From contig NC_081361.1 of assembly GCF_030684315.1 (NCBI RefSeq), forward strand, positions 41,461,045-41,525,044: a stretch of 64,000 nucleotides of DNA, in the 5' to 3' direction. The translations under genes and the position numbers were made by a program. This DNA comes from Stegostoma tigrinum. Taxonomy: Eukaryota. Under the pieces are notes generated by a model. The model ran no database searches. It was not told where the DNA came from and saw nothing but the letters and a program-made list of their open reading frames with translations. Below, piece by piece: positions 1 to 13,239 of this stretch; within the stretch, counting starts at the first letter, position 1, and every line of letters begins with the position of its first letter.

Positions 1-433
1 TGCATTATTGATGGAACCACTGAAAAAATGCCAATAATGTTTTCACTAGAGCACGAAGAATTTTCCATTTAAGATTGTTTGTACCAGTCTGAAGAGCTCC
101 CTGATCATATTCGGTTCTCACCAGATGCTGGGTAAAGTTCTCTCTACTCTGCCCATACAATACACCACACATCAAACTGAGAATTGAACTCACGGTGTTG
201 GATGACTTTGCTGAACTTTGCCAAATTTGTAACAATTTGGCAGTCATTTTTATGACCTGGACCAACAGCCAGAAATACAATTTCACAGGATTCTTTTCAG
301 GCAGATTAGAAGTCTTTCAATTAATTTCTCAGGGAGAATTGGAATTAGTTCTCTTAATTAAATGACTAAACATCAGAATCTGCAAATTACGGTTTTGAAA
401 ACCCAGAACACTTCTGCTCCAGGTACACAGTAC

Positions 434-547
434 CTGCTCTGCCCAGCCTTCTGTTCTGCAGCATGTGTGCTTAAACACCTCCAGAGGTTCCCCAGCAGGA
501 TGAAACGACAACTTGTTCTGAATCATTTGGACCGAAGAACAATTGGG
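434..547 (-). CDS. LRRC42: LRRC42 coding exon 5 (PNCSSVQMIQNKLSFHPAGEPLEVFKHTCCRTEGWAEQ); further exons lie left of the window
   Basis: 114-nt exon with AG/GT boundaries; CRTEGWAEQ resembles the vertebrate LRRC42 CKTEGWADQ segment; phase 0 fits the preceding exon. Confidence 0.88.
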
Positions 548-1192
548 CTATTATATAAAAAAAGTTAAAGTTATTGAGAAACATTTTTACACCTTTAACT
601 TAGTTTAATTTGGAAAATTATAGGGGAATCTCAGTTGTTTGGATATGTTAAGAAGGTGCACACAGTATGTAGGTTATTGGAAGGAAACTACACTCAGGAT
701 TATAATAATGACAACAGCTCACTCTTTAGGTTTGATTGGTCAACATGCCACTCTACATTACATGTTTGATCCCCAAGTTTTATCAATATAGTTGATCAGT
801 GGCAAGGCAGTAGCTGGGGCATTGCTACTGGCATCATCACTTGGATCACAGAAGAGGAGAAAAAGGGAAGAGCAAAAAATGTCAAAAGTTCTGCTCCTGA
901 TCAACATCAAACAAATCTCACTGGAAATTGTGTGTGAATATTGAGTAAGGATGGAATCAGGTTCAACAGATACTCTTTCGTACCAGTGAGTAGACCAATA
1001 TTCACAAAACTTAGATAAGAAAAGTAGCCATTTAAGCCTTTATTAAAAGGATAGTTGGTGCAAGTAGGAGCTGTCTTGCAAGAATCAGTGCCTTCAGAAG
1101 AGGAGAGGTGGGAGGAAAAATGAAATAAGGAGGACAGGGATATAGCATCAAAATCAGAACAAAAATAAATACACAGTTATAGTGCTGCAGTT

Positions 1193-1784
1193 TGTGACGA
1201 TGCTGTGGCTTTCATGGTTATTTTGTCCTTGTTTGTTTTAAAAATAAAGAGAGAGATTAGACAAGAGGTGCTGACAGCTTTGGGTTTTTGCTTAACAGCC
1301 TGAATGGGTGTGGCCAGCTCTCTCAGATCAGGATTTCTGGATTTTGGTTTCTCAGTAGCATCAGAAGCTGTTGGGGTCTCAGTGGATGTCTCCTGGCTGC
1401 TACTCTGTCTGAATTTTCTATTGACTTTTTTTTCCTCCTGGGTTCGAGAACTGCATTTAGGAATCAATGTCTGAATTTGCCTTTTTGCCAAGGGGTGTAT
1501 TAAGAGTTGTTTCTATATTGGAACAGTTAATTAGTAATAGTCACTATATCTGTTATTCGGTTAAGTTTTCCAACAGAATTGCTATTCTGAGTTCTTCTTT
1601 CTTTTGTTCTTATTTTAATATACTGTTTAAATAAGATATTTTTTTGCTTAATGTCATGTAGTTTTGATCAGTCGCATTGCATCTTTAACACAGCATGTCA
1701 CATTTGCTGTTAATATAAGAAGAAATTAGAGTTTAGGCCACCTTCTTAGAATATTTTGAGGGATTCTTGGTCTGGTCCATAACA
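1193..1784. mobile_element. Probable solo LTR
   Basis: About 590 bp bounded by TGTGAC...ATAACA (TG..CA, imperfect inverted ends); flanks agtt/aatt; no coding signature. Confidence 0.4.
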
Positions 1785-1794
1785 AATTTAACAG

Positions 1795-2213
1795 AGGGAT
1801 GTTTTTCCCTGGAGTGCCGGAAGTTGAGGAGTGACCTTCTAGAGGTTTATAAAATCATGGCGGCATAGATAAGTTGAATAGCCAAGGACTTTTCCCTCGA
1901 GTAGAAGAGTTCAAAACCAGAGGGCATAGGTTTAAGGTGAGAGGGGAAAGATTTAAAAGGTAGTTGAGGCGCAACATTTTCTACACACAGGGTGATGCAT
2001 ATATGGAATGAACTGCCAAAGAAAGTGGTTGATGTATGTACAGTGACAACATTTAAAAGACATTTGGACTAATACATTAATAGTAAAGATTTAACAGGTG
2101 ATGGGCCAAACGCAGGCGAATGGGACTAGTTTAAGTTTGGAAAGCCACAATGAGGAACCTGGTCAGCATGGACAAATTTGACCGAAGGGTCTGTTTCTGT
2201 GCTGCATGACTCT
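1795..2213 (+). mobile_element. CR1 LINE 3' fragment
   Basis: Degenerate RGH.FKVRG and F.TxRV...WNELP C-terminus with a CR1-type 3' tail. Confidence 0.8.
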
Positions 2214-3215
2214 AGGTCAGTTAGTAACTCTGTTTCAGAAAGAAAACCCCTCGAACAGTTCCACTATTGCTCAAAGAAAGAGATTAAATCACAACCAGAA
2301 GTGACAAGAATCTATCCCTATATTATATCATTAACTTAGAACAGGATCCCAAGCTGCCTCACATAATAGTGTTATCAATTAAAATTGGCCACTGAAATGT
2401 CTTAAGAAATATCCGATGACTAAAAGTTTGATTAAAAAAAGGGCAGGATTTAAAGAGTATCTAAAACCAAGGAAAAAAAGTAGAGTGGGAAGGGGAGTCC
2501 AGAGAAGAGGCCTTGGCAGCTGAGCAGGTGGAGTGATTTAAAAACTGAGGTACGAAAATACCAGAACTGGCTGCTGAGAGTGAGGAGGGTTGTTGGATTG
2601 GCGAAGGTTAGAAATTTAGGAGTGACTGAGGCCAAGGGTGGATTGAAAACAAAACTGACTAATTTTAAAACGGAGGCGTTGCCACACGAGAAGCTAATGT
2701 AGAACAATCAGTATAGAGGTAATGGGTCAACACGACTTGGTGCAACTTAGAATAAGTGCAGTAGAGTTCTGTGATGAATTTATGTAGCATGGAAATAGGA
2801 AGCCTACTTCTATGGGAGCACGGAAATAGTCAAGGTGTAACAGATGCATGGATGAGGGTTTCAGCAACAGATGAAGTGAAGCAGGGATGGAGTCAGGCGG
2901 TAAAAAGATAGACATAGGTGGGATTGATGATGGGAGTGGAAATGTGGTCGGATGTTATTTATTTTGATTTGTTTTGTTCGTATTTGCCCTTTCACTTGAC
3001 ATGGGAACTTAATTCAATTTTAAAAGTTTGTTTGGTGTTGCTAATTTTTAAATGTTATTATTCCAGATATGCAATGCTGTTAGCATGTTAGATATCACTA
3101 GGAAATCTGTGGTTTATTTTCAAGTGTTTTTTTAAATCAAATACCATGTAAAAGTTTTGGTTTGGATACCATGGAATTAACAGTATATTAAATGCAAACT
3201 ACTATCCATCCTCAC

Positions 3216-3304
3216 CATAACACCGGTTCCCGAGATATCCAGAGCCTTCAGTTTTGAAAAGCAGCACAAATATTGCATGCCATGCTCACTGATTCTGGGG
3301 TTAT
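3216..3304 (-). CDS. LRRC42: LRRC42 coding exon 4 (DNPRISEHGMQYLCCFSKLKALDISGTGVM)
   Basis: 89-nt exon, acceptor ccccag, donor gtgagg; LRR motif LKALDISGT; phases consistent with neighbours. Confidence 0.9.
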
Positions 3305-3819
3305 CTGGGGCAGAAGAAACAACAATGCAGGTAATACATGTTTTCTTGTTTAAGGATCCTGCTGTAAGAATTCTCTAAGAATTGTTCTAAGATGTTTACA
3401 TTTTTGAACTCAATTAACAACATCCTAGAATATTAATTTTTCTTTACTCCATAATTTGCACAGACAAAACTGCATTTTGTATCTGTTTGTGGACTATGGA
3501 TTATTGGTATTTATTACCCATCTGTAATTCGCCGAGAAGTTGGCGCTAAGCTTTTATCTCAAGTGATGACAAACTCCAACCACACAGTTGGGGGTCTGAG
3601 CTGGTGGGAATTTTCTAATATATAGCAGCATTCATGTTAGTGCTTTCCAATGCTGAATCACAAGTTACTCAATTTACTCAACTCACATCTTGAGATCGAA
3701 ACTCTTGTCATCACTACATTAACCGTACCCAAATTAAATAATACCGTGACATTTTTCGGTGTAATTTTTATTTCTTTAGAGCTCCCATACAGAAATGACT
3801 ACCAGATTTTTTTTTAAAA

Positions 3820-4160
3820 GAAACTTGTATTTTATTGCAACTTTATAACCATAAAATGTCCAAAGTGCTTTACAGTTTACAAATTACTTTTGAAGTTAGG
3901 TCATTATTGTAGGGTGGGAAATATGCCAGCCAACTTACACACAACCAGGTTCCACAAATGATCATGTGATAATAACCAGAAATCATGTTTATTTGATGTT
4001 GACTGAGGAATAAATACCAAGACAAGCAGTGTCAAGAGACTTATTAGTCCACCTGAAAGGGCAGATGTGTTTTAATGTCTGATTCAAAGGTCAATATCTT
4101 CAATGAAGCAGCATTCCTTTGGTAATGTGCTAAAATTTCAGTTTCATTTTTATTCTTGAA
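3820..4160 (-). mobile_element. DeuSINE-like (SacSINE1/AmnSINE1-type) fragment
   Basis: Similar in reverse to the copy at 60770-61200 and directly to 55625-55855; family call from recalled Deu-domain sequence. Confidence 0.5.
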
Positions 4161-4357
4161 TCCTGGCTTGAACATATTGTTATGGTGAACTCTGCAGTGG
4201 AGAACTGAGATGTTATCTTTTGGATGAGATATTAAATTGATTATATTTGGCTTTTGGATGAAACATTAAACTAAGCCCTTAGAGCAGCAGTGATTACAGT
4301 TCAAAAGTACTTAATTGGCTTTGAAGTACATTGAGAAAAGCTAAATGTAAATGGAAT

Positions 4358-4635
4358 GGGCAGCTGTGGCATAATGTCACTGGACTGGCAATCCAAAGTA
4401 CAACGGTTCTGGAGATATGAGGTGGATTCCACCATGGCAGATAGTGAAATTTAAATTTATTAAATATGAAACGAATAACTGGTCTGGCCGACATATGACA
4501 TCAGACCCACAGCAATGAAGTTGACTCTTCACTGCTCTCTGGCTCTGTAACCCACTTCAATCACTTCAAGGGTAACTAGGGATGGATAACAAATGCCAGC
4601 CTTGACAGCGATACCAACAACCTGTGCAACAATAA
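4358..4635 (+). mobile_element. SINE sharing its 3' tail with the LINE family at 12345-13055 and 21735-23575
   Basis: 3' end aagggtaactagggatgg..aaatgccagcc; related copies at about 23575-23910 (-) and 29085-29430 (-). Confidence 0.5.
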
Positions 4636-4704
4636 GAACAAAGTTCCTTCTGTGTCAATGCACAAGGTCAATGAGAATAATTTAGCATTCCCATAAAAAC
4701 TTAC

Positions 4705-4823
4705 CAGAAAGATCCAGCACTTCCAAACTCCCCAAGCCTCTCTTTACTACTCGAACAGGTGCGGTCATTTTCTGTAGACCGGCATCTGAGAGACCATTAT
4801 CCTTAAGGAATAAGCAAATGAGA
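4705..4823 (-). CDS. LRRC42: LRRC42 coding exon 3 (SLICLFLKDNGLSDAGLQKMTAPVRVVKRGLGSLEVLDLS)
   Basis: 119-nt exon with AG/GT ends; KDNxLSDAG..KMTAPVRVxKRGL is characteristic of LRRC42. Confidence 0.93.
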
Positions 4824-5634
4824 CTGGAAGAAGAGGCAACAAAGATCAATGTGGAAAGTGACGAATAAAATAATTTTACCAAACCACTTAACTGTCTTTC
4901 AGTTCAAAAATAACCTTATAACAACACAAAAGGCAAGAAAATTTACAAGAAAAGACATTAAAAATACTATTTCATGAAAACAGGCCATTCTGCTGGGAAA
5001 CGGGACACAGATCACAACATTTTACAAAGCTGTGGAGTCCTGTGTTGGTAGTTTTTTGATTCCTATTCTACTTGTAACAAATGATAAATAATAGCAGAAG
5101 CAGAACAATGTTGCTTGGTCTGTGAGACTTGAATGAAAGGATTCAGGGATCACAAACGAAGAGGCTGTATGTTCTATCGGTGAGAATATTGCAAAGGTAT
5201 GGTACGATTGGGGAGTTCTGTGAGGGTTGAATTTAAATCTCAAGTAACTACTTTGTTATTTGGTTAGACAGAGCACAATCTGTTGCAAGATACTACAGGC
5301 TGGACCCATTAAGGTTGTACATTGCATTTAAAAAGAAACAATTTTCTATGGCAATGTAATGGAAAACATTTTGTTAAAGTGTTTGATGTAACATAAAATC
5401 TATCACATTGGGGATGAAAAATACAGGAATGAATTTTAATGCAAAAAGATTCATCGTCTATACCTGTTGTTTTATGAAGAAATGATCAACACTGAGCATC
5501 TCTGCCAAGTTACAGGCTAACTATTTTCAGAAACACCTTCACACAGCTATCGTTATGTATAGGGTATTGTGCTCGGTTCTGCCCTGAAGCTCTCAAATCA
5601 TTTAAGGACTGCAGTAACTGTTATGCCTGACAAC

Positions 5635-6880
5635 TCCATTAGAATTCTTTGAGGAAATAATGAGCAGGATAGACCAAGGAGAGCCAATGGATGTTATCTA
5701 CCTGAACTTCAAGAAGGCCTTTGACAAGATGCCACACAAGAGGCTTCTTGGTAAGATAAGGGCCCATGGTGCTAGAGGCAAGATACTAGCATTGATAGAA
5801 GATTGGCTTTCTGGCAGAAAGTAGACAGTAGGGTTAGAAAGGTCCTTCACAAGATGGCAACCGGTGACAAGTGCAGTTCCACAAGGGACAGTGTTGGGAC
5901 CACAACTTTTCACTTTATGCATTAATGATCTAGATGAAGGAACCGTGGGCATTTTGGCAAAATTTGCAGACAATACAAAGATAGGTAGAGGGACAGGTAG
6001 TATTGAGGTGGTGTGGAGGCTGCAGAAGGATTTGGATAGGTTAGGAGGGTGGGCATAGAAGTGGCAGATGGAGTACAATGTGGGAAAGTGTGAGGTCATG
6101 CACTTTGGTAAAAAGAATAGAAGCATGGACTATTTTCTAAATGGGGAGAAAATTCAGAAGTCTGAAGTGCAAAGAGACTTGGGAGTTCTAGAACAGGATT
6201 CTCCAAAGTAAATTTGCAGGTTGAGTCAGTAGTTTGGAAGGCAAATGCAATGTTGGCATTTATTTTGCGAGGACTTGAATATAAAAGCAGGGATGGACTT
6301 CTGAGGCTCTATAAGGCTTTGGTCAGGCCACATTTGGAGTATTGCGTGCAGTTTTGGGCCCCGTATCTCAGGAAGGATGTACTGACCCTGGACCAGGTTC
6401 AGAGGATGTTCACAAGAATGGTGCCAGGAATGAAAAGCTTAACACATGAGGAAAGTTTGAGGACTCTGTGTCTATATTTGATGAAGTTTAGAAGGATGAG
6501 GGAGGATCTAACTGCAATTTACAGAATACCAAATGGGCTGGACAAAGTGGATGTTGATATTATGTTTCCACTGGTAGGAGAGACAAAGTCCCGAGGGCAC
6601 AGCCTTAGAGTAAAGGGAAGACCTTTTAGATCAGAGATAAGGAGAAACCGCTTCAGCCAGAGAGTGTTAATCAATGGAACTCTGCCTCAGAAGGCTGGGG
6701 AGGCCAGGTCATTAAGTATATTTAAGATGGAGGTAGATAAGTTCTTGATTGTCAAGGGGATCAAAGGTTACAGAAAGGAAGTGGGAGAATGGGTTGAGAA
6801 ACTTATCATCCATGAATGATTGGTGGAGCAGACTCAATGGGCTGAATGGCCTAACCTCTGTTCCTATGTCTCATAGTCTT
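5635..6880 (+). mobile_element. CR1 LINE, 5'-truncated (RT plus C-terminus), decayed
   Basis: VTSAVPQGTVLGP, KFADNTK and LYKALVRPHLEYCVQFWAP; internal stops. Confidence 0.92.
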
Positions 6881-7013
6881 ACCTGTATTGCATGTTGTTG
6901 AAGTGCTGGATCTGCTCAGGTCAAGATACAGTGCCATTAGGATTTTGTTTGTACAGAACAGAAAAACAGATCTCAAAGTTCTTCTACTAAAGAAACACTA
7001 GCCCATGCTGTAC

Positions 7014-7145
7014 CTTGCTAAGGTTTCAGATGTCAAATGTAATAAGAGCTCATGTTCATCCCCCAGCTTACAGCTCGACAGATCCAAGCTCATCAAGCTA
7101 CGAAAAGACTGGATTTCTTCCAACTTTTCTGAAACCATCAAAAAC
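7014..7145 (-). CDS. LRRC42: LRRC42 coding exon 2 (FLMVSEKLEEIQSFRSLMSLDLSSCKLGDEHELLLHLTSETLA)
   Basis: 132-nt exon with AG/GT ends; SEKLEEI and CKLGDEHELL motifs. Confidence 0.94.
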
Positions 7146-7404
7146 CTATTAGAATATAAAAGATATCTTATTAAAATGATGGGATCAATCTGGTGTCCAT
7201 GGAGGTGAGAGATTTCCATGTCTTCAATGCTAACACTTCATTGCAGCAAGCACTTCCAAATCAGCTATGATCCAAAGATAATGGAATTGCAGGAGGCCAG
7301 TCATGCCTTTGACATTGCACTGGCTTTCTGGGCATTTTGACTTGGTGTCAAGTTCCTGCCAAGTCTCCATAACTTTGCACATTGGATGATTGTTTAAATA
7401 GAAA

Positions 7405-8150
7405 CAATGCTATCTCAAATGTCCCAGTTGAACCTGCCTCCACCACATTTCCAAATAGCAATATTCCACCCCGTACATCTGTACCCTTTTGTTCTCAATC
7501 CTCTTAGACGTGTGAATAGTTCTTTGCCCATCTACTCTGTCCAAAACATTCCTGATTTTGAAAACATCTATTAAATCACCCCTCAGTCTTCCCCTTTTCA
7601 AGGTAAACAGTCCTGGCTTCTCTAATCTTTGCTCATAAATGAAATTACTCATCCCTGGAACCATTCATGTAAACCTCTTCTCCACTCTCCCCAATGCATT
7701 CACATCCTTTTTAATGTATGGCACCCAGAACTGTACAGTACTCCCCTTGAGGTCTAACCAGGGTCCTATATAGGTTCAGCATAATCTCACTCTTGTACTC
7801 TATGCTGTTATTTACCAAGTGTAGAATACTATGTGCTTGATTAACAGCTCTCTATTGCATCTTGAACAACTCAAGTGCATATATACCCAGGTCCATCAGC
7901 TCCTGCTAACACTTTGGAATAATACATTTTATTCTACACTGTTTCTCAGTGTTTTTTGTGCCAAAGTGTATCATCTCTCACTTTTCTGCACTGAACTGCA
8001 CCAGCCACTTATCCACTCACTCCACCAATGTGTCAACATCCTTTTGAAGTTCTCATTGTCCTCATCACAGTTTACAATTTTTTAAAAACCCTGTTTTCTA
8101 TTGCTCAGCCAATTTTGTATCCATGTTGCTACTGTACCTTTTATTCAATG
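7405..8150 (-). mobile_element. CR1 LINE fragment
   Basis: MVPGM...[21 protein letters not shown]. Confidence 0.8.
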
Positions 8151-9890
8151 AGCTAATGCTACAGAGAAGGGGAGGTTAAATGAAAGAAAATCCTTGTTAC
8201 TTATAAGGTGAGTATCAAGTAACCATTTATTTATTTAACCCTAACAACGAACAAATTAATAGAATTACTAAAACTGAACAATTCGCCCTCAACTACTAAC
8301 TATTCCTTAACTGAACTAAATTCTACTGGTATGCTGTTCCAATAAACGCAAATCAATTTTCCACCTAACATTAAACATAAGCAACATCCCCTCTAACCTG
8401 TACATGCTGATTAGTGTGCTGACACATTGACTTCCATTCCTAGAAGGCATTGCCATACGTGGATGTTGGAGATCTGCATGGTGGAAAAAATGTTACAGGA
8501 AATTTTGGGCATAAGCACACCTTTTCTTTTTAAGTGAGTTTCTATCTCACTTCTCATCCAGGCATCTTTGAATTTGTTTATTCTTTTTTGAGGGTATTAT
8601 AGTTTGACTGTCCCTGAACCATTTCTTCTTTCACTGTCCACTTCAGCTTTCCTGCCAAGCTTTGTATCTAGCCCTGTTCCTGACTCCATTGAACCACTGT
8701 TTATACTGTGGAACAACAAATCAACTTGCATCTTTGTCTCAATACTGGGGAATATTGAAACCTCTGAACTGGTTTTTACCAAGTGGCCATCTTTGTGTGT
8801 AAAACATTGACTGGTATCAGCCTGTTCAATGCAATTGGGAGGAAGCTCATTTTCAACAAACATGACCATTCTTAGCTAGTGTCCAGATGTGTGCACCTTC
8901 CAGAGGCAACCCCTAGACAGTAACTGACTTGTCACTATTTGCCTGGGTGACAGTGTGTACTTAGGAGCCCAGAGGTTAATACAGGTTGCATTAGCTTAAA
9001 CAAATACACTCCTCAGCCTATTGCCACCGTCACCTAAACGTAAATGTATGATAGAATTAAGGAGAAAAGACACACCTCTGTAAAAAAGAAACAGACAAAT
9101 AGAACATGAAGCAGCATAATCCCCCTGTTTTATAATACTCCAATATTATAAATAAGCATTTGGTTATACAGAACTTGATTACAGATAAAACTTTTTGACT
9201 AGCATTGGTCAGGACAGATGCAAAAACATCAAATTGCAAAAGATGCTATTTTGAAGCCAGTTTTTTTTGCTATTTTAAATATTAGTAAAACCTTGGGAAT
9301 AACTGTTCCCTGCTGTATTCTCCACAGCAAAGCATCACCACAATTTTTCTCTCAGGATAAATTGATGTTCCCTTTGAAATTTGGTATTCTTGCATCTGTC
9401 CTAAAGTGTTCAAGTTGAAAAGCCTCAACAGCACATTTCTTTTTTTTTCAGCACTGTAAATGATTGGGAATTTAATTAACTCAGCCTGACAACATTTGAT
9501 CTATGGACTTTAAAATACAAAATACAGGGTGTATTAAATCTTTCACTTTTATTCTGTAAATTAAGGTGATCTGCATTTTGCAACATACTGTAATTTTTTT
9601 CTGTACTGAAATGAGTATGATTGTGTGAACTTTTAATACTTCATAGTTCATTTTATTTGAATGATTATTTATAACTCAAGAATTATTATCGATGGTGTCA
9701 CTTGTATCTTGATAATTCAGCATATACCTTCATGGTGATTTTTCAGTAAACCATTTATCTAAGATGTTGGAAATGCAGCAGGATCAGCCAATACTGGTAA
9801 ACAGAAATGTTTCAGGTTAATTTCTGAATGGAGCTGACAAGTAGGATATAGAATTCTCACTACTGCCACACCAGATAACATAGTTCTTAC

Positions 9891-10357
9891 CTGTTTCGTA
9901 AACACAGGGAGCGGAGCACAAGGCTTCCGTAAGCTTCACTGAATTTAAATAGAGCCTTGGTACTTGTGTCAGGGTCAATAAATTTCTTCCTTGCTTCTAC
10001 CGCAATAAAAAGTTTTTCTGCGACCTGCTCTGGAAAGCCAATTAATGAGTCAACATGCTGTATGTTATCAGCTATAAAGCCAAGCACCAGATCAAAAAGT
10101 GACTTGGGAGAGTAACGAAGATTGCCTTCCTTAGTATATGTAAAGACAATGTGATCAGTCCTGCAAGTGCTTGGTTTGTCTCCATCCTCGATACATAGTT
10201 TAACAGTGAAACCCTTCTGAAACAGTCGCAGTGACTTAGATTTTCCAGTGCTCAGCTTCAAGTTTGGAGCACCATTCAGCAGGCTCAACTGTCCTTTTTC
10301 ACGTACATAGATAGGTCCAAATTCAAATGCAGGTCTTGTACTGGTGTGCGAAGACAT
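9891..10357 (-). CDS. LRRC42: LRRC42 first coding exon (MSSHTSTRPAF...SLCLRNR); exon begins at 10368
   Basis: ATG 10357-10355, 11 nt after acceptor ttttcag; FTYTKEGNLRYS, DSLIGFPEQ and EAYGSLVL motifs; donor gtaag at 9890. Confidence 0.95.
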
Positions 10358-10408
10358 TGGAGGACAATCTGAAAAACTAAACAAAAACTTAAGTTTAAGT
10401 TTAGGTAT

Positions 10409-10638
10409 CAGATATGATGGGAACTGCAGATGCTGGCGAATCCGAGATAACAAAGTGTGAAGCTGAATGAACACAGCAGGCCAAGCAGCATCTTAGGAGG
10501 ACAAAAGCTGACGTTTCGGGCCTAGCCCCTTCATCAGAAAACTTATCTGATGAAGGGTCTAGGCCCGAAACGTTAGCTTTTGTCCTCCTAAGATGCTGCT
10601 TGGCCTGCTGTGTTCATCCAGCCCCATATTTTGTTATC
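10409..10638. mobile_element. Fold-back (palindromic) Penelope-derived insertion with two hammerhead-like cores
   Basis: Arms 10445-10538 and 10546-10639; 14-bp TSD TTAAGTTTAGGTAT at 10395-10408 and 10639-10652. Confidence 0.85.
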
Positions 10639-10752
10639 TTAAGTTTAGGTATATAAGTTTTTTTTAAACAATTAGAAGTTCAAACAACAATATCTTTACA
10701 AACTCAATTCTCATAATTCAGGACATGTTTTAAAACGACTACTTTCCTTCAA

Positions 10753-11710
10753 TGATAATGGGAACTGCAGATGCTGGAGAATCCAAGATAATGAAATGTG
10801 AGGCTGGACGAACACAGCAGGCCCAGCAGCATCTCAGGAGCACAAAAGCTGACGTTTCGGGCCTAGACCCTTCATCAGAGAGGGGGATGGGGTTCTGGAA
10901 TAAATAGGGAGAGAGGGGGAGGCGGACCGAAGATGGAGAGAAAAGAAGATGGGTGGAGAGGAGAGTATAGGTGGGGAGGTAGGGAGGGGATAGGTCAGTC
11001 CAGGGAAGACGGACAGGTCAAGGAGTTGGGATGAGGTTAGTAGGTAGGAAATGGAGGTGCGGCTTGGGGTGGGAGGAAGGGATGGGTGAGAGGAAGAACA
11101 GGTTAGGGAGGCAGAGACAGGTTGGACTGGTTTTGGGATGCAGTCGGTGGAGGGGAAGAGCTGGGCTGGTTGTGTGGTGCAGTGGGGGGAGGGGACGAAC
11201 TGGGCTGGTTTTGGGATGCGGTGGGGGGAGGGGAGATTTTGAAGCTGGTGAAGTCCACATTGATACCATTGGGTTGCAGGGTTCCCAAGTGGAATATGAG
11301 TTGCTGTTCCTGCAACCTTCGAGTGGCATCATTGTGGCGCTGCAGGAGGCCCATGATGGACATGTCATCTAAAGAATGGGAGGGGGAGTGGAAATGGTAT
11401 GCGACTGGGAAGTGCAGTTGTTTATTGCGAACCGAGCGGAGGTGTTCTGCAAAGCGGTCCCCAAGCCTCCGCTTGGTTTCCCCAATGTAGAGGAAGCCAC
11501 ACCGGGTACAGTGGATGCAGCATACCACATTGGCAGATGTGCAGGCGAACCTCTGCTTAATGTGGAAAATCATCTTGGGGCCTGGGACAGGGGTGAGAGA
11601 GGAGGTGTGGGGGCAAGTGTAGCATTTCCTGCGGTTGCAGGGGAAGGTGCCGGGTGTGGTGGGGTTGGAGGGCAGTGTGGAGCGAACCAGGGAGTCACGG
11701 AGAGAGTGGT
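10753..11710 (-). mobile_element. Penelope-like retroelement, 5'-truncated, with GIY-YIG endonuclease domain
   Basis: ORF 11103-11573 reads CTSANVV..IHCTRCG.LYIGETKRRLGDRFAEH...LGTLQPNGIN; 11-bp TSD CTTTCCTTCAA at 10742-10752 and 11711-11721. Confidence 0.92.
10851..10878 (-). ncRNA. Minimal hammerhead ribozyme-like core in the Penelope terminal repeat
   Basis: CTGATGA-A-GGG-TCTAGG-CCC-GAAAC-GTC; helix III is only the ACGT palindrome and local helix I is about 2 bp, so activity is unproven. Confidence 0.65.
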
Positions 11711-12344
11711 CTTTCCTTCAAGAATGGTTTGAACTCACATGCAAGGCTTTATTTATTCTTGATACCTAGTCAATGGTCATAATTAATTTCATACTGATCA
11801 GTTCTTCTGATTCAGTCTGACTCTGATCCCAACACCTTGCAAACAAGGCAACTTCCCTTAACTTTCTAATGACCCAGTTATCTCCTATTCCTCCTTTAGT
11901 CTCGTTTTACAAGAAATATTCATGAGAATACTATGTTACCATCTTCCTTTATCAGTACCAATATACTTACATAGACAATATTTAGAAAAAGTAAATGAAA
12001 CTTTGGACAAAATATAGGTTTCATGTGGTTTTTCAAAGGGTCAGAAGACTGTAGAAAGGTCAAGAGCTGTAGGAAGGAGATTCCAAAGTAAGTCCATTGT
12101 AGCATAAAGGCTCTGACATCAATTGTGTAGTGGATGGGCGTGTATGTTTGGAAGGTTTATAGGATGCTGAACATAAAGGAGGATGTCAGTCTGCAGATGC
12201 AGAGGTAATGCCTTGTAAAAAGACATTTTACAACAGAATGAGCATTTTAAATATATGTATCAGGGGAAGAGACAGAATTAATGCCAAAGCAACAGAGATT
12301 TTGGCATTTGTCCAAAAATTAATTGAAGATTGTGCTGCTTAGAT

Positions 12345-13055
12345 TTTTTATTTCTTGTGGAGTGTGGACATTGCTAGCTGGCCAGCATTTAGCACCCATC
12401 CCTCATTGCCCTTGAGAAGGGGTGGTGAGATGCCTTCTTAAACGACTGCAGTCCACGTGCTGTTGATAGACTCGCAATGCCGTTACAGCCATTGCATTTA
12501 TATGATGAGTGAGTCCAGTTGAGTTTCTGATCAATGGTAACCCCCAGGACGTTGACAGCAATGGATTCAGTGATGGTAACATCATTGAATGTAACGGTGG
12601 TGGTTACATTGTCTTTTATTGGAGACTGTCATTGCCTGTATGGTGTGAATGTCACTTGTCAGCCCACGCCAGGTGATCATTCAGGTCTTGTTGCATTTAA
12701 ACATGGACTCCTTCAGCAACAGAGAAGTCACGAATGGTGCTGAACATTGTGTTGATGAACATCCCCACTTCTGACCTAATGATGGAGGAAAAGTCATTAA
12801 TGAGCTGCTGAAGATTGGTTGGGCTGAGAATACGATCCTGAGGAACTCCTACAGTGACGTCCTGGAGCTGAGGTGGCTGACCAGCAACCAAAATCATCTT
12901 CAGGTTGCCAGCTATGACTCCAACCAGAGGAGAATGTGTCCCAATACCCATTGACTGCAGTTTTGCTAGGACGACTCGACACTCTTGTTCAAATGCAGCC
13001 CTGATTTCAAAGGCTGTCACTCTCACCTCAACTCTGGAATTTAGCGCTTCATCCA
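12345..13055 (-). mobile_element. CR1/L2-group LINE fragment (second family)
   Basis: VTVGVPQDRILSP..INDFSSIIRSEVGMF RT remnant. Confidence 0.7.
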
Positions 13056-13239
13056 TAGATACTTTAGAAACTTTTAAGTGACTCTTGGATAGGCACATGG
13101 AGGATAGTAAAATGTAGGGTATGGAAGGTAGTTTGATCTTAGGAGAATAGGTCAGTGCAACATCATGGGCCAAAGGGCCTGTACTGTTCTATGTTCTATG
13201 TTTTAAATACTGACCTGACTAGTGAAACCCACATCCCAT

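Noticed and set aside
194-256. Possible next LRRC42 exon (ccag|GTCATA...ACC|gtgagt, minus)
   Set aside because: Splice-like ends, but the peptide does not resemble the expected following LRRC42 segment
8597-8869. 90-aa minus-strand ORF in an LRRC42 intron
   Set aside because: No family similarity I can recognise; not needed for the LRRC42 exon chain
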